A stretch of 57,306 bases of DNA, the filler included, from Sphacelaria rigidula (lineage: Eukaryota): NCBI GenBank assembly GCA_964200075.2. It is 7 parts of 7 records of this genome, joined end to end, with 100 filler letters (N's around TTAATTAATTAA, not from the genome) between each part and the next. Parts side by side here need not be neighbours in the genome. Positions count along the whole stretch, not along the records: positions 1 to 8,102 come from CAXNAA020012296.1; positions 8,203 to 16,303 come from CAXNAA020012297.1; 5 more parts are not named here. One strand, given 5' to 3'. The notes below the pieces were generated by a model, which saw nothing but the letters and a program-made list of their open reading frames with translations, ran no database searches and was not told the DNA's origin. Made by a program: the position numbers and the translations under genes. Numbering within the stretch: position 1 is the first letter of the stretch; each line of letters starts with the position of its first letter. This document shows positions 1 to 12,483 of the stretch, piece after piece.

Positions 1-407
1 ATATGTTTGTATCCACGCGTGAGCGGGGGTGGCCAGCCCATACACTCCGCCCCCCATTGCGGCAACGTACGAGAAGCTGAGGTTAGTTGAGGTTACTCGA
101 TTCGGATCTGGGGTCAGCGGACCACTTCCTTTGTTCTATCATTTCTCACTCTCACTGTTTACACCAACGGTTTCCGAATACGTCAAATGAAGATACTAGA
201 GAACGGTTGATGGTGTTGAATCACGTCCGATTGCCCTGCCTGAACTCCGTATTGTTCGTCCACTGCGCTCTGTCAGCGCGCGCGGGGTAACTTGAATCGC
301 GTGACGATGGCCCGAGGAAAAACAGAAATGTTCGACAGTAACGTAACACATGTTTCCTACGCCCGTCAACGCGTGCCGGCACCCCCGCCTCCTCTTGAAA
401 ACGACAG

Positions 408-3400
408 CTGCACGTACGGGTCCTGTCCATGACGACTCTACGGCGATGGAAAAGAGCGGTTGTGTCGACATCGCCAGAAGCGATGAAGGCCATCGCTCGG
501 GCGTTTCAATGCGACAACCGTGGCGTTGACTCGGGAGCCATATCCCTGGCTTTTCTCAGAAGCAAGCAGTACGCAGACCTGCATGATAAACCCCAGGCCC
601 AATCCATCGCGATCAACATGCTTGTCGGGTACACACCACCTGTCTAATGCGGCTAAATAAGCACATGACCCTTAGTTTATTGCATATTGTTATGTCAGGG
701 TCAATCGCTGGGGATTTCGACGTACGATGCATAGTGTAACGCACCCGAACCCGACGCCCACAAAAACACAGACGCCGACTGTGCATCGTTGAGGCACGCG
801 CTGGAGCGGCCACCCTCTGGTCACACACCGCTCGACATGGATAATGATATGCTCATTTCACATCGGCGATGATGATCGTTTCAGACGCGAATGTTTCTCA
901 TCAACATCGGGCTCTCGTACATTCAAGATCCCGTGGAAGGGTCTCCGAAAACGAGAGCACCAGACAGAGTTGCCGGTGGGCGGGATATCAGTTTCACCAC
1001 ATGCGGTTTTCCTTGGTCCCGTCATGCAGCACCTAACTGGTGAAAAGTCTTATGTACTCTTCACAGCACACAATATATATTCACGCTGCCCGCAGGTTCC
1101 AAACGGCGAACAAGACGACTCCTAAAGCGAGTGACTGGGGGCGTATCTCCACAGATGCACAAACAGCCGCAACCCTCCTGGAGCGTTCAGAGAGGCAGAT
1201 CCCTCGTGAGGCGTGGACCGACGTCTTCGAAGAGTAAGTTTGCAATAATTGTAACACACGCGTCGACTGCGGTGGACCGTAACCGCTGTCGTAGGCTACA
1301 GTTATTCGGAAGCAAGAATCGCGCGTGCAGCACATGTTTGTGTCACGCTTAGACTTGCGCCCCTTACGTTAGCAACCTTTCTGGCATCATTCCACCTTGC
1401 ATAAAACGCGTAGCGTTTCAGCAGGTGACATAGAAAGCGCAGCGTTTCGGCAAGTAGCGTAATCGATACTAATTTCTAAATGGGGGGCATAACCGAGCTT
1501 AAACTCTCCAGTAGAGTTGGCAACAATGATCTAAATGTCGATGTGGTGTGATAAGTTGGGGTTGAACTCTGCTATCATCGACCGCGGCCGGGTCTGATAT
1601 ACCAGTCATTCAAACTGCCGGGTTGACTTTTGTTTCTTTGTTTCACTCCATGTATCGAAACATATATTCACAGTGTGTAGTATGCATGTAGTGATCGGTG
1701 GATCTGTATCCGGTCAAAAATGGCGCTTGTTGGATATTGCGAGCATAATTGAGCATAAATCCCATCTTGCGAGCATGGATCGTCGAGCACATATTGTGTG
1801 AAATTCGAGCATAAATTGCACTCCATGAGCCGAATCTTTTGTGTAACTACTAGCATCACAAAATGACTTTACTAGCATGAGGGGCAAAAGCGCTGTAATA
1901 CTCACGGAAGGCATTTTGCGCTCCGCGAACATCATCGCGCCTAGGGTTGCTCGCGAGTTGACTCGCGGCACACACGAGCTGGAGAATTTCAAGCTGCACG
2001 TCACGGACTTCATCACATCAGTAGACAACAGCATAGAAGAGACACGGGCAAGCCTGCCCGAGGAAAAACGGAACGGAGCAGCCATGAAGGCGTTCGAAGA
2101 TGTTTGTCTCGGCAAACTCCATCGGCGGCTGGACCTGGTACGTGACCGACACACAAAATTCAAGAGTTGAATATTGGATAGTGGGTAATTCGGGCGATAG
2201 GTCGTCGAGACGATACAAACGTAAGGTGGATCGGACATTCTGCTGTGATAAATAAATCCAAATCGCGCAGAACGAGCTTGCGACGCGCGAAATTGGCGCA
2301 TGCCAGTCATGGGCACAACAAGGATGGTACACCCACGTGATAGGGAGACAAGTGAAACATTTCCACGAGGTTGTTCACCCACATTTTCAACCACGGCCCG
2401 TTTTCGCAGAAAGCACAAAGAGGGGCCCTGAGGTGGTACAACGATAGCTGGAGGAAGAGGTGTGCCCGTCTCCGAGGATGCATCTCTTGCCGAGAGGAAG
2501 CGACGTCTCGGCCTTGTCTGCGAGGACGAGCCGGGGCGCCAGAAGAAGAAAGGGGACAGAACTGACGGGGTCGGAGGCGGAGGGAATCCTAAAAAGAAGG
2601 GGAAGAAATCGTCACAGGCAGGGCAAATGCTGCCCCCTGCCGGTCCCACCGTGGAAAGCAAAAGGTGCGAGGATAGGTTGCCGTTGTGGAGACTGTGTCG
2701 TCGACTGAAGCTTACGTTTAGATTGCTCCCTTGGACGACGGTTGTGACAGCATGCATAAGTCGGTCGACATGCGACACTGGGACTGTCAAGCGCAGCTGT
2801 TTGTAGGTTCTTCTGTCTTTCGTTCAAACTCGCGCACTGCTCGACTATGAAAACCTGACGGTGCAGGCGCCAGCTTAGCCACCGTAATGGAACGCACGCC
2901 GAAGAATTACGCCGGATTGGCCCCCACCCCAACGCTAGCCCAAATCCGCCAGCCAAACAATGAATGGCTATCCACCACGTGATGTTCGATTCCACGGTGC
3001 ATGGAGGGCCTTGTTTACTCGACATGGACGAAAACAAACAGAAGCGTGAATATTCCAATCTGCTCAATATGAGGATATTTTGTCATATCGATTTTACGTG
3101 TCGGTTGTTGCCCCCCCCGAACCAACCACTTTCTCGGGAGGGGCTATATCGGAGAACACACGCTACACCCCGCGACGTGCGGACGACCAGCGCGCAACGA
3201 AGGAAAACTGACGATGCTATTGCTTGCTTGCGACGTGATATTGTACAGGGCTCATCATACGAGCATACACGAGGATAATCTACTCCGCCGCCACTGCGCT
3301 CTTATTGACCAACAAGAGCCACCCCCTGTGAAGAGACCGCCAAAGCTTATCATAGTCCCCATCGATGTCGAGAAAACAATGCTGAGCACGACAAGTGGCG

Positions 3401-5060
3401 ACAACAAGGGATACTTCAGGCGGTTCGTTGAAAAGGTACTGGAAGCCTGGCATCCGATGGGCACCATCGCCTTTGCAGTCCCGCGGCCCTGGAATCGACA
3501 CGGACATCGTATCCAAGGTATCACGGTCTGCACGGTTCGTGACAGGCACAACCGCGGCATCGATGTTGCTGAAAACAGAGTAGACACATCTGAGTCGGTA
3601 TCCGCCACACGAGCGCGGATAGGGTAAATTGAATCTTTTGTTTCGTCCGTCACATTGAATCGCCGCTTTCTTACATCCTTCATTGCTCTGATACGGCGTC
3701 CTGTGGTGATGTTGATACTCCCCTGGCACCTCCCGAACATCCACCGTCGCTGCGATCCACCGCGGTGCGCACCCCTACGCAGGCGCGATCAAAGCCGACC
3801 CTTCAATGGTGGTCGAAGACGACTACGTGCTAGTAGAGTACTCCAGCCGCCACGGAGGCTCCCGAAAGAAACACGAGAGGTTTCATTTTTACCCTCACAT
3901 GGAAGGCATTATAGTGGCATACAAGCAACCGAGCGAAGAGAACAAAACATTCATGGTCAACCCGAGGGTGACCTTCACCGATCCCTACGGCACGAAGACC
4001 AACGGCAAAGTGCCGGAATGCTGACAAAAGATGGGCGGGGGGCCAGAAGACAAGCTCGCGTACAAACAGGGCGTGCCTGCTGGGGGACCTGTCAATTCCT
4101 TCCCGCCGCGGGTACTGACGACGTTCGTCAACAGGTGATAACATACTTTCTGACCCCGTATCCTCCTTCCCATGTTAGACAGTATGCACTTTCAACGATC
4201 GTAGTGGAAACTTCACTTCCGGTGGGCGGGTGGCGTTGGAACATGCCGCGCCGTGAAATACATGAGATGAGTCGATGTCATTGTAGGCGTTGCGGCCAAC
4301 AACACTTCCGGATGTTGTGCTTTTGGTCGAACGGAGGGGGGTCCGAAATACCAGAGAGATCCGAGGCATACATGCACGTGGTATTTAATACATGTTGGGA
4401 CAAGTCTCAGCGAAAGCTTCGAGCTGGAATCATCGAATTCGAAATGCTCCCTACAGTGATTAGTTGTGGTGAATCTTTCATGACGTCGGGATCATCGTAC
4501 TGTCATCGGACAGGTTCACCCTGGCAGGAGATGCCGTGATGGGGATCGGGGTGGAGAGCACGTAGCTAATGGAAGTCGCTCTCGAGCTTGGTCGACCTAC
4601 GGAGCTCTTCCTCCACAACCGCGGTCTCGCGACCGAGGTTGGGGGCCGTATGGAGAGGGACTTCCAAAAGGCCTTCATGTCGGGGATGTTCAAGGCAAGC
4701 CCCCGAAAAACTGAATGCTTGCCCGAGGTATCGCGATCCTTACTCCGCGTCTTTGGCCGATGCGCAGGCACCGAATCGAATTTGATTACTCGCGATTAAT
4801 ATCTGATGTGCCAGATGAAGCTCACACCAATGATCCCGACCTCGCGTGTGTTCATGCGTCACCTTTGCCAGCAGTATGATATCAGCGGCGAGGTGTACGT
4901 GGGGCCGACGCTGCTCCCATCAGCGCTGCCCGCAGACACAACGCCGGCAGGATTGCCGTTCCGGGGTCCGGGAGACACGACCGAAAAGATCATGACGGGT
5001 GCTGCACAGACTTTCGGCTACAAGCTGGAGGTGAGAACAGCGCTGCATGTGGGGCGATAA
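408..5060 (+). pseudogene. Degenerate multi-exon coding-like sequence of unknown family
   Basis: Several protein-like blocks (e.g. CTYGVLSMTTLRRWKRAVV...AINMLVG, VVEDDYVLVEYSSRHGG..., EVALELGRPTELFLHNRG..., MKLTPMIPTSRVFMRHLCQQ...), some with AG/GT-like borders, separated by stops and frameshifts; no motif recognised. Confidence 0.3.
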
Positions 5061-5158
5061 GGACACTGTTACCCCGTAGTCCTCTTTTCCCTCGCCTCTT
5101 ACCGCCGTTTGCATCCTGATACGTACGTGAGTGTCTCATGATTTGAAGGGATGTCGGG

Positions 5159-5659
5159 GGTGCACGAGAAAAGAACAAAAACGAACACCTGTGAACCCTT
5201 CCCCCCCCTACCCGAACGGAACGACTAAGGCAAGCAACAAATGGATAGCCCCCCCCCCCCACCCGAACGGGACGGAACGGGACGTGGTGAAGGGAGAAAT
5301 CCGGGACGTGAACAAAGGCGGTATGCGATCGTTTGATGCATTAGACAATAGGGAGAAAACGATGGCTCTCCTAGGAGATAAATGGTGGCCAAAGACGGTG
5401 AAATAGAACGGGGATGCAAAAGGTTCTTGTCCAATACGTGGAAAAAGGTGGTGAGCTCGTGAAGGAACGTGATGAGTGTAAAAAAGTTAGAGGGGTGTTC
5501 ATAACGAGTAGGAACGGTGCTCCGTCTAAAAAAAGATGCGTAGTCAATGGTCAAACGACTGAGGCAAGCAACCAACGAGTACGCCCCTCTCCCTACCCCC
5601 CGAGAGGTCCAAATAAGAAAAGGGGACATAGGTGTGCGCGTTTTTGTTTTTCGTGCACC
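5159..5659. mobile_element. TIR element (GGTGCACGA...TCGTGCACC) carrying nested LINE-B 3' fragments
   Basis: Imperfect inverted repeats GGTGCACGAGAAAAGAACAAAAACG / CGTTTTTGTTTTTCGTGCACC; no clear TSD. Confidence 0.45.
5272..5600 (+). mobile_element. 5'-truncated LINE-B 3' end, preceded by a second ~40-bp 3'-tip copy at ~5221-5260
   Basis: GEIRDVNKGGMRSFDALDNREKTMALLGDKWWP matches 34527-34850; ends GTCAATGGTCAAACGACTGAGGCAAGCAACCAACGAGTACGCCCC. Confidence 0.8.
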
Positions 5660-5754
5660 GTTGGAGATGTAGTTTATTTTTGCTGCGTGGAATATAGTTT
5701 TTTTCCCTCCCGCTTCACCGCACTTCGTGAAAAAACAGTTTTTTTCGGGTCAAT

Positions 5755-6654
5755 TTATGGGCGCGTCCACATCGCGATGCCCGGGGGACATGTGGTTCCG
5801 GGAACAACTACACAACGTGGTTTTGAGACCCCTGTCTGAGCGCTGTTTCCAAACACCGCCCCTCCTCCGTATCCCGAACTGACTTTCTCATGTTCGTTGC
5901 CGCCGGCCGTCTCTACCTTGTCCACGGTTGATTTCGGTCGCAGCGTTCGACGTTCAATCAGATAAACGAGCTGTTCCTCATAACGAAGCCTGGCCAGCAG
6001 AAGATCGTACACCCTGAAATTCCCTTGTGGGGAAAGTACAGGGTATACAACACGCCCAGAGAGGCTGTAGAGTCGATACCTCAAGAAATCCTGGATCAGC
6101 AATGTATTCGCCTGGTATTGGTCGCATCCAACAGACAACTCAGGCGCCTCGTAGAACCCGGCAGGGAAGCCTGCCAGCCGGAAGTGGCACTGTATTTGGA
6201 GGTCTCAGACACCTGCCCATTCTGCCACTTGGAATGGGATACGGGCGGGGAGCGGGTTGTGATGGGGATAGGGTCGAAAATACCGCACAACGGTCCCAGA
6301 GACTCCTACATTACCGCAGCGATAGGCAGCGCAGATGGCACGCAGCATGCTGTAATAGCCAGTGTGCAAGAGAGTCGAGAGAGGAAAGGGAGGCTCGCCG
6401 CGAAGCAGCCTATCGCGGTCACTCTCGGGGATCTGGTCGCAGGTGGGCCGGGGTTCGAGCAAAGGTGGCTGAGGGTCAGACGCGACACGGGTCGAGAGGG
6501 GTTGGAGGACGAGGTGGCCCCCGATGATGACGATGACGACTGTGATACTGGAAGTGACGGCGATGGCAATGGTGGTGGTTGCAATAGCAATAGTGATGAC
6601 GCTGGAGTCTCGAGTTGCAGTGGCGCAGTTGGAGAGTGAAAGCAAAAAGTTCAC
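5755..6654 (-). pseudogene. Protein-like reading frame interrupted by one TGA; family unknown
   Basis: ORFs 6205..6654 and 5755..6138 are in the same frame and are joined across a single stop at 6205-6207. Confidence 0.3.
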
Positions 6655-7544
6655 ATACAGGACGGGATGCGGACGCGAACTTCAGTTCAGGGCGGGGTCG
6701 AGATGCTGGCATGTAGCATGATGTGGTGTTGCGATGGTGTGTATGACGGGACGGTACGAAGCGATATTGAGGTGGATGTCAACGATTTCTCTTTCGACTG
6801 AGACATTGCCGCATCATATATGCTGGAATCGGATTGGAAAGCTCGACGGGTGTTTGCAGTACGGTTGAGTCGTGAAATGAAATATTAATGTTGTGCATCG
6901 GCCGTCAAAGAAGGAGATTATTCACGCTTTTTCATGTCCCATTCTTCATGGAAGCTCAATCATCCGCTCGGCACATCACTGCGTTGGCAGTGATATATCC
7001 CCCCAGCACGGCACTGACGAGCAACTTGAGGCCCGAGATTTCTGTCTGGACGCGAGCCTCGAGACAAGCAGGAGCGAGAACATCGTCGACATTCAAACAC
7101 ACGTTGTTATGGTCCGTCGCCCGCAGCTAACGAGGGATGGGCGGTATGTGCAACCACGGACGCACTTCCTACTCCTCCACAAAATTACACATCAGCAGCG
7201 TCGTGCGGTACTCTTGAGACATCCCCGCTCATAGGATGAATCGTTGTCTAGATTGGTTTCGCGTGAGTCTACTACTGAAACGACTGCCCAAGGGGGGTAT
7301 TGAGGTGAACAGCCTTTTCAGTGTAGTCTACAGTACTGATCAGCCACGGTACAGAGGCATCCGTCTTCACGTGTTGTGACAGTTACATGCGGTGGGATTT
7401 GATACCATAGTAGGCGTATGTCTTGTACCTACGTACGCAATGTTTGCTTGTCACGGTGTTGGGGTAGCCACACCCGGTCACGTCATTCTCTTCGTTCTCT
7501 TTCCTTCCTTGACTTGCTTAGTCAAGCTATGTAATACTACTCTT

Positions 7545-8039
7545 CAAGGGTAGGTCGGGTAGAGTATGCACTTTTGAGTACTCGAGTATAATACTCAAGT
7601 ATTTACTCTTCTCGACGTTTGAGTAGGTCGAGTACGGCCTCAAATACCCTACTCAAATTTTGAGTAGGTCGAGTACGACCTCAAATACTCATCATTATGG
7701 AGTAATCGAATAAACGAGTAGTCGAGTAGGTATTATCAAAATGAGCAACTCTACTGGCCACATATGTGACTTCTCCATGGGAGAGTCAGCGGTGGAAACA
7801 GTACAAGACGGGAAAACATCGCAACAGTCGACAAAGGAAGGAAGACGTTGAAGTTACAGGTTTTGGTACATCAGACCCGGCCTTCGATACTCTACTCAAG
7901 TTTTGAGTTGGTCGAGTACGGTCTCAAATACCCCCTACTCAAATTTTGAGTAGATCGAGTACGACCTCAAATACTCTACTCATATTTTGAGTACGTTGAG
8001 TAGGGCCTCCAATACTCTTCTAGTCAATTTTCGAGTAGA
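7545..8039 (+). repeat. Dispersed element with internal ~40-bp tandem repeats (TACTCAAATTTTGAGTAGGTCGAGTACGACCTCAAATACTC-like)
   Basis: Tandem units visible; a homologous copy with the same terminus lies on the opposite strand at 21522-22062. Confidence 0.75.
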
Positions 8040-8041
8040 TA

Positions 8042-8102
8042 ACAACAAATTGTGCCAATTGAGGTGTAACTCCGAGATGAGGTTCAAGCCTAAAACAGTG
8101 CT
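8042..8102 (+). mobile_element. Terminus of a high-copy element (TA|ACAACAAATTGTG...AAAACAGTGCT)
   Basis: Same sequence at four contig ends (8042, 8274 on minus, 16287, 57241). Confidence 0.75.
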
Positions 8103-8202
8103 NNNNNNNNNNNNNNNNNNNNNNNNNNNNNNNNNNNNNNNNNNNNTTAATTAATTAANNNNNNNNNNNNNNNNNNNNNNNNNNNNNNNNNNNNNNNNNN
8201 NN
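8103..8202. other. Artificial contig linker N44-TTAATTAATTAA-N44
   Basis: Identical 100-nt linker (stops in all six frames) recurs every ~8.2 kb. Confidence 0.98.
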
Positions 8203-8274
8203 AGTGTGGGGAAAGCACTGTTTTAGGCTTGAGCCTCATCTCGAAGTTAAACCTCAATTCTCACAATTTGTTGT
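8203..8274 (-). mobile_element. Terminus of the same high-copy element, abutting the Gypsy gag region
   Basis: Reverse complement matches 8042-8102 and 57241-57306; flanked by TA at 8275-8276. Confidence 0.75.
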
Positions 8275-9520
8275 TAACCGTCATTCTCGCCGCCCTTTCA
8301 ACAATCGCGACAACACTCGCCCGAATCGCGACAGTCGCCCCAATACCTACGACTACTCTGGCTCCCAGCGAAGCGAGAGTTCTTCCCACCGTCACCGGAA
8401 TCCCGCCGATAGACACCAGCGCACGGGGCCGAATCACAATCATACGAACCCCAACGCAAGAAACCCTGGTTCCTTTATGACTGATCGTACCGATCCATGA
8501 CATGCCGACGCCGGCGTTTTTACGTCTTCGACGCCGCCGACAACACACACGGAGACTACTTCAACACCAACCGCGTAACGAGTGACCAAACTTTCTCGCT
8601 CAACCTCCCCGGCACTGTGCAGGAGTTCTAATGACGGCCGCTCATCTCGACCCCCGTCTTCATCTCTTCGCACACAGCGTAACAGTTGCGTTGGCTCACA
8701 ACTTAGCCCTACCCTCGGCTCTGGACTTGGTCCTCCGGAACTGAGCGTAAGTCTGAGGTGTGGGAACACCAACCGCCCGTCTCTGAGGCAAAGGCTTCCC
8801 TCAGCGACCACACGCACAGGCAGTAGTGTAATTTACTCGACTGGTTCAAGTGTTGCTGGTTAGAATTTGACCGCTCCGGACCACGTAACACCCACCTAGC
8901 TCGACCGAGTTCATTCTTCGCGTTCATTGCACCATGCGAACCTAGCCCTGAATGGTTCCCACATCCACCAGCCTACTATACCTTCGGCTATGACTCCTCA
9001 GCCAAGCTTGCCGGCGGACAGTCCACAAGCTTCGCCCGAGCATGCCCCGATGCTGACCCCATCCATTCAACTGGACGCAGTTGGGTTTTCCCCAAACACT
9101 TTTGAAGTTCCCCGCCCTTTGTCACGGCGAGAGAGGAAGCCCCGTGAACATGCCCCCACTGAAGCGCGCACATCAACACGTACACCTCCCTCGAGTAGAA
9201 CATCTCGATCTCACCGTCTCCAAAATGCGACGACTTTGAGCTCGATGAATTTTTCAAGTGTCCCAGAAGAATCCAAATCAGATATTTCGGATATTTCTAC
9301 CTCTTCTGCGGACTACACTGAACAAGACGGGTGTACTTTAGAGGTTGATCCCTGCCTTTCCAGCACGGTCATGTATGAAATTGCTAAGGACCAGCCGACC
9401 TGTGCTCACTCTGGGGACTACACATTCTCCACCTAGCTTTCTGGTGAGAAAGTTGAGCCCCCGGCGGATCACCCGCCCTCCGCTTTCGCCGTCAGCACTA
9501 CTGATTCCGATCAATTTACC

Positions 9521-10117
9521 TTGGCTGAACACGGCCCGGATCTTGTCGGTGGTAAAGTGTCTGTTGATCCTGCCACTTTTACTACTCGCGTAGCGCTCCA
9601 TTGTGGACCATACGCAACAACGACTGCCACACGCGTCTCTTTGTTTGACAGCGGCAGCCCACGAACACTTATTCGTGAATCAATGTGGGAACATATGAAA
9701 CAGATTGGCGCTGCTTCAGCAGTTTGCGAAATCACCACCAGACCTCGAGTATGGGGCGGTTTCGGTGACTCCACCGCACCTTTGACCACACGAATATCAG
9801 TTCGTCTTAGTGTGCAATTCTTTCACAACACAACTCGTTCTGGCAGCCTTGCAGTCTGGGCATATGTTGTCCCCGACAGCACCATGGCTCACGCCTTACT
9901 CATGGGCCGAGATAGTTACATGCGATTTGATCAACGCACCTACCGCACACTACCATCATTATCGCCACAGTCTGCGCCTCGTGGAGAACTCAACCTTGAA
10001 CATTTCGGTACTCTTCACGGCGCCTTGGCCTACCAAAAAACTGAACAAGCTACCGGAGCTGCTTACCATCTCCGATACGATGGTACTGCTGGTGTTACCC
10101 TCTCTGATGACCCTTAA
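9521..10117 (+). pseudogene. Gypsy A aspartic protease
   Basis: VSLFDSGSPRTLI catalytic motif and ALLMGRD C-terminal motif. Confidence 0.85.
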
Positions 10118-10150
10118 CCGCTAGAAGTTGCCCTAGTTTGCCGAAATGGC

Positions 10151-12423
10151 ATGCCTGCCCTTACGGGACATTACCTCGCTGAAATGCTTCCTCGGGTTGG
10201 TGCGCCTGCCGGCACAGAGCACTTTTTCTCCGCAGGGAAACAACTTTTGCCACCCTCGGGTCACACTAACTTGGAACCCGGAGATGTTTTGGGTATTGCT
10301 GCTGCTCCCCTCATGCACATTCCACTTGAGACATGTGCCACTGAACCCTCGGCGTCCAACCCGGCGCCTCCGACAGACGGTTCTGTCAATTGCGTCGATG
10401 AGCCTTACTTTGACGTAACCTCCTCGTCTCCATCACGTATTCACACCGTGGACCCTGCACCGTCAACGTTCGAACCTCCTGCTATAGTACTGCAACGCCT
10501 ATCACCAGAATCTCGGACAAGTTTCTTGCACATGTGGGATCAACTTCCACCCCATTTACGTGACATCAACTTTGACCTACATGGATCCGGTTGGGAACCC
10601 GCTGTAATGAAAGAATTGAGCGATGTTTCATTGGAGTACCAAGACCGAGTTTCTCGATCCAAAACGGATCTAGAGCATTGCAAAACGCTGCCCTTTGAAT
10701 TCGCCCTTCAACCTGGCGTTTCGCCAATCTCTTCTCGACCGTATCGGACGAACCCCATCCTTACCAAACAAGTTAACGCCATTTTAGATGTGTACTTAGG
10801 TGCCGGATTATTCCAACACTCCTCTTCTCCGTGGGCTTTACCGCTAGTGGTGGTCCCCGAAAATGATGGCAACATCCGCATCACTGTGAACCATCAAGGG
10901 TAAATCGCGTTACTGTAGTGGGAAAACTTCCCATTCTCCGCATAGATGAAGTCTTCGACTCTCTAGGCGAAGGCAAAATATTCAGTACCTTGGACCTCGC
11001 TTCTGGATTTTTCCAGAATGCCATCCACCCTGACACAGTCCCGCTGACAGCGTTCTGTGTATCTTCTGGGCTATACGAATGGCTCCGTATGCCACAAGGT
11101 GCCGCCACTGCACCAGGTTGTTTTCAACGCTTAATGCAACGCGTTACCGAGAATCTCGAATATGCCGTCATGTACTTGGACGACGCTATCGTATTCGATG
11201 CCTCCCCTCTTGCGCATGTGCACACCCTACGAGGGTGTTTTTCTCGTCTGCGGAAACATGATTTGAAACTGTCTCCATCCAAAGCCCGCCTTGGCGCGAC
11301 TGAACTGGATTTTCTGGGACACTCATTTTCACCGGCGGGTCTACACTCTGAAACCAAGAAAGTCAGAGCAATGACTGAATTGCCGATGCCCACAAACATT
11401 ACTCAGCTCCGCTCATTATTAGGTGGACTGTCCTACTATCGCATTTTTTTGCCTAACCTGTCCAAATGGATTCGCCCCATTACGGACTTGCTTAAAAAAA
11501 GCGCCGCACTTGTCTTTACCACAGATATGGAAGCTATCGTGCGCGACTTTCTAAGAACGCTCACCGAAGAACCGGTCCTTTGTTTCCCGGACAGGGATGC
11601 CGTACAAGACGGTTCTCGTCTCTTGCAACTACATACAGACGCGAGCACCGACGGGTTCGGCGCGGTCCTGAATCAGCCTCAACTCGATGGCTCTGTTCCA
11701 CTCATCCTCTATATCAGTCGCGCCACCCTTCCAAACGAGGCCAACTGGAGTCCACTGGAGCTGGAAGGCGGAGTCATCACTTGGGCCATAAAGCGCCTTC
11801 GACAATATTTGTTTCATGTACCTTTCCAAATCTACACGGATCACGGAGCACTTGAACAACTCGCCAAAGTTGGCGAACATAACCCGCGTGTGCAACGCTG
11901 GTTGGAGTTCCTGGCAGCTTATCAGTATACTGTCAAACACCGCCCTGGCAGAACCAACGGGAATGCTGACCTTCTCTCCCGCTTGCCCCTTCCTCCAACG
12001 GCTGTGGATTTTAGCCCCGCTTGCCGACTAACTGAACCCGATGAACCCGGCATGTATCCTATCCGGCGTTTCTCAACGCCCACTTACGCCCTTGATCTTC
12101 ATTGCCCAGAGACGGGTATGCACATGGGTGGCCCCCGCCCCCTACCGTATGATGCAGTCTTAGATGGGCTACAACCCAGAGACGCCGATTTCGCCAATTT
12201 CCGTACTATCGGTCCTCGCGCAAGTATTGCAGTTTCGCCGCCTCCAGTTGTCCATCTCATTTCCGACAACCCGCGCTCTCGGTCTGCCTCCCGCGCTAAC
12301 CCTCCCCGCCCCCCGCCGCCACCAACAACACCTACTGCTCCTGCGAGCAGCGTAGCGCCAGCTCCCCGCAACACCGCACCACGATCCTTGACAACCACCG
12401 CCACGCGCCGTTCTCACCACTAG
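10151..12423 (+). pseudogene. pol: Gypsy A reverse transcriptase + RNase H (frameshift near 10900)
   Basis: SSSPWALPLVVV, STLDLASGFFQ, RMPQG, MYLDD, DFLGH; LHTDAS, LELEG, IYTDH, HRPGRTNGNADLLSR. Confidence 0.95.
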
Positions 12424-12483
12424 CGCCGAGGGCGATCTCCGGCGCGCACTACTGCGACATCGCCGCCCGCCGCGGCCCCGTCA

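Noticed and set aside
1714-2790. 358-aa minus-strand ORF
   Set aside because: No recognisable motif; probably the antisense shadow of plus-strand coding-like sequence.
8042-8274. Inverted repeats either side of the first gap read as one TIR element
   Set aside because: They lie on different contigs joined by an artificial linker.
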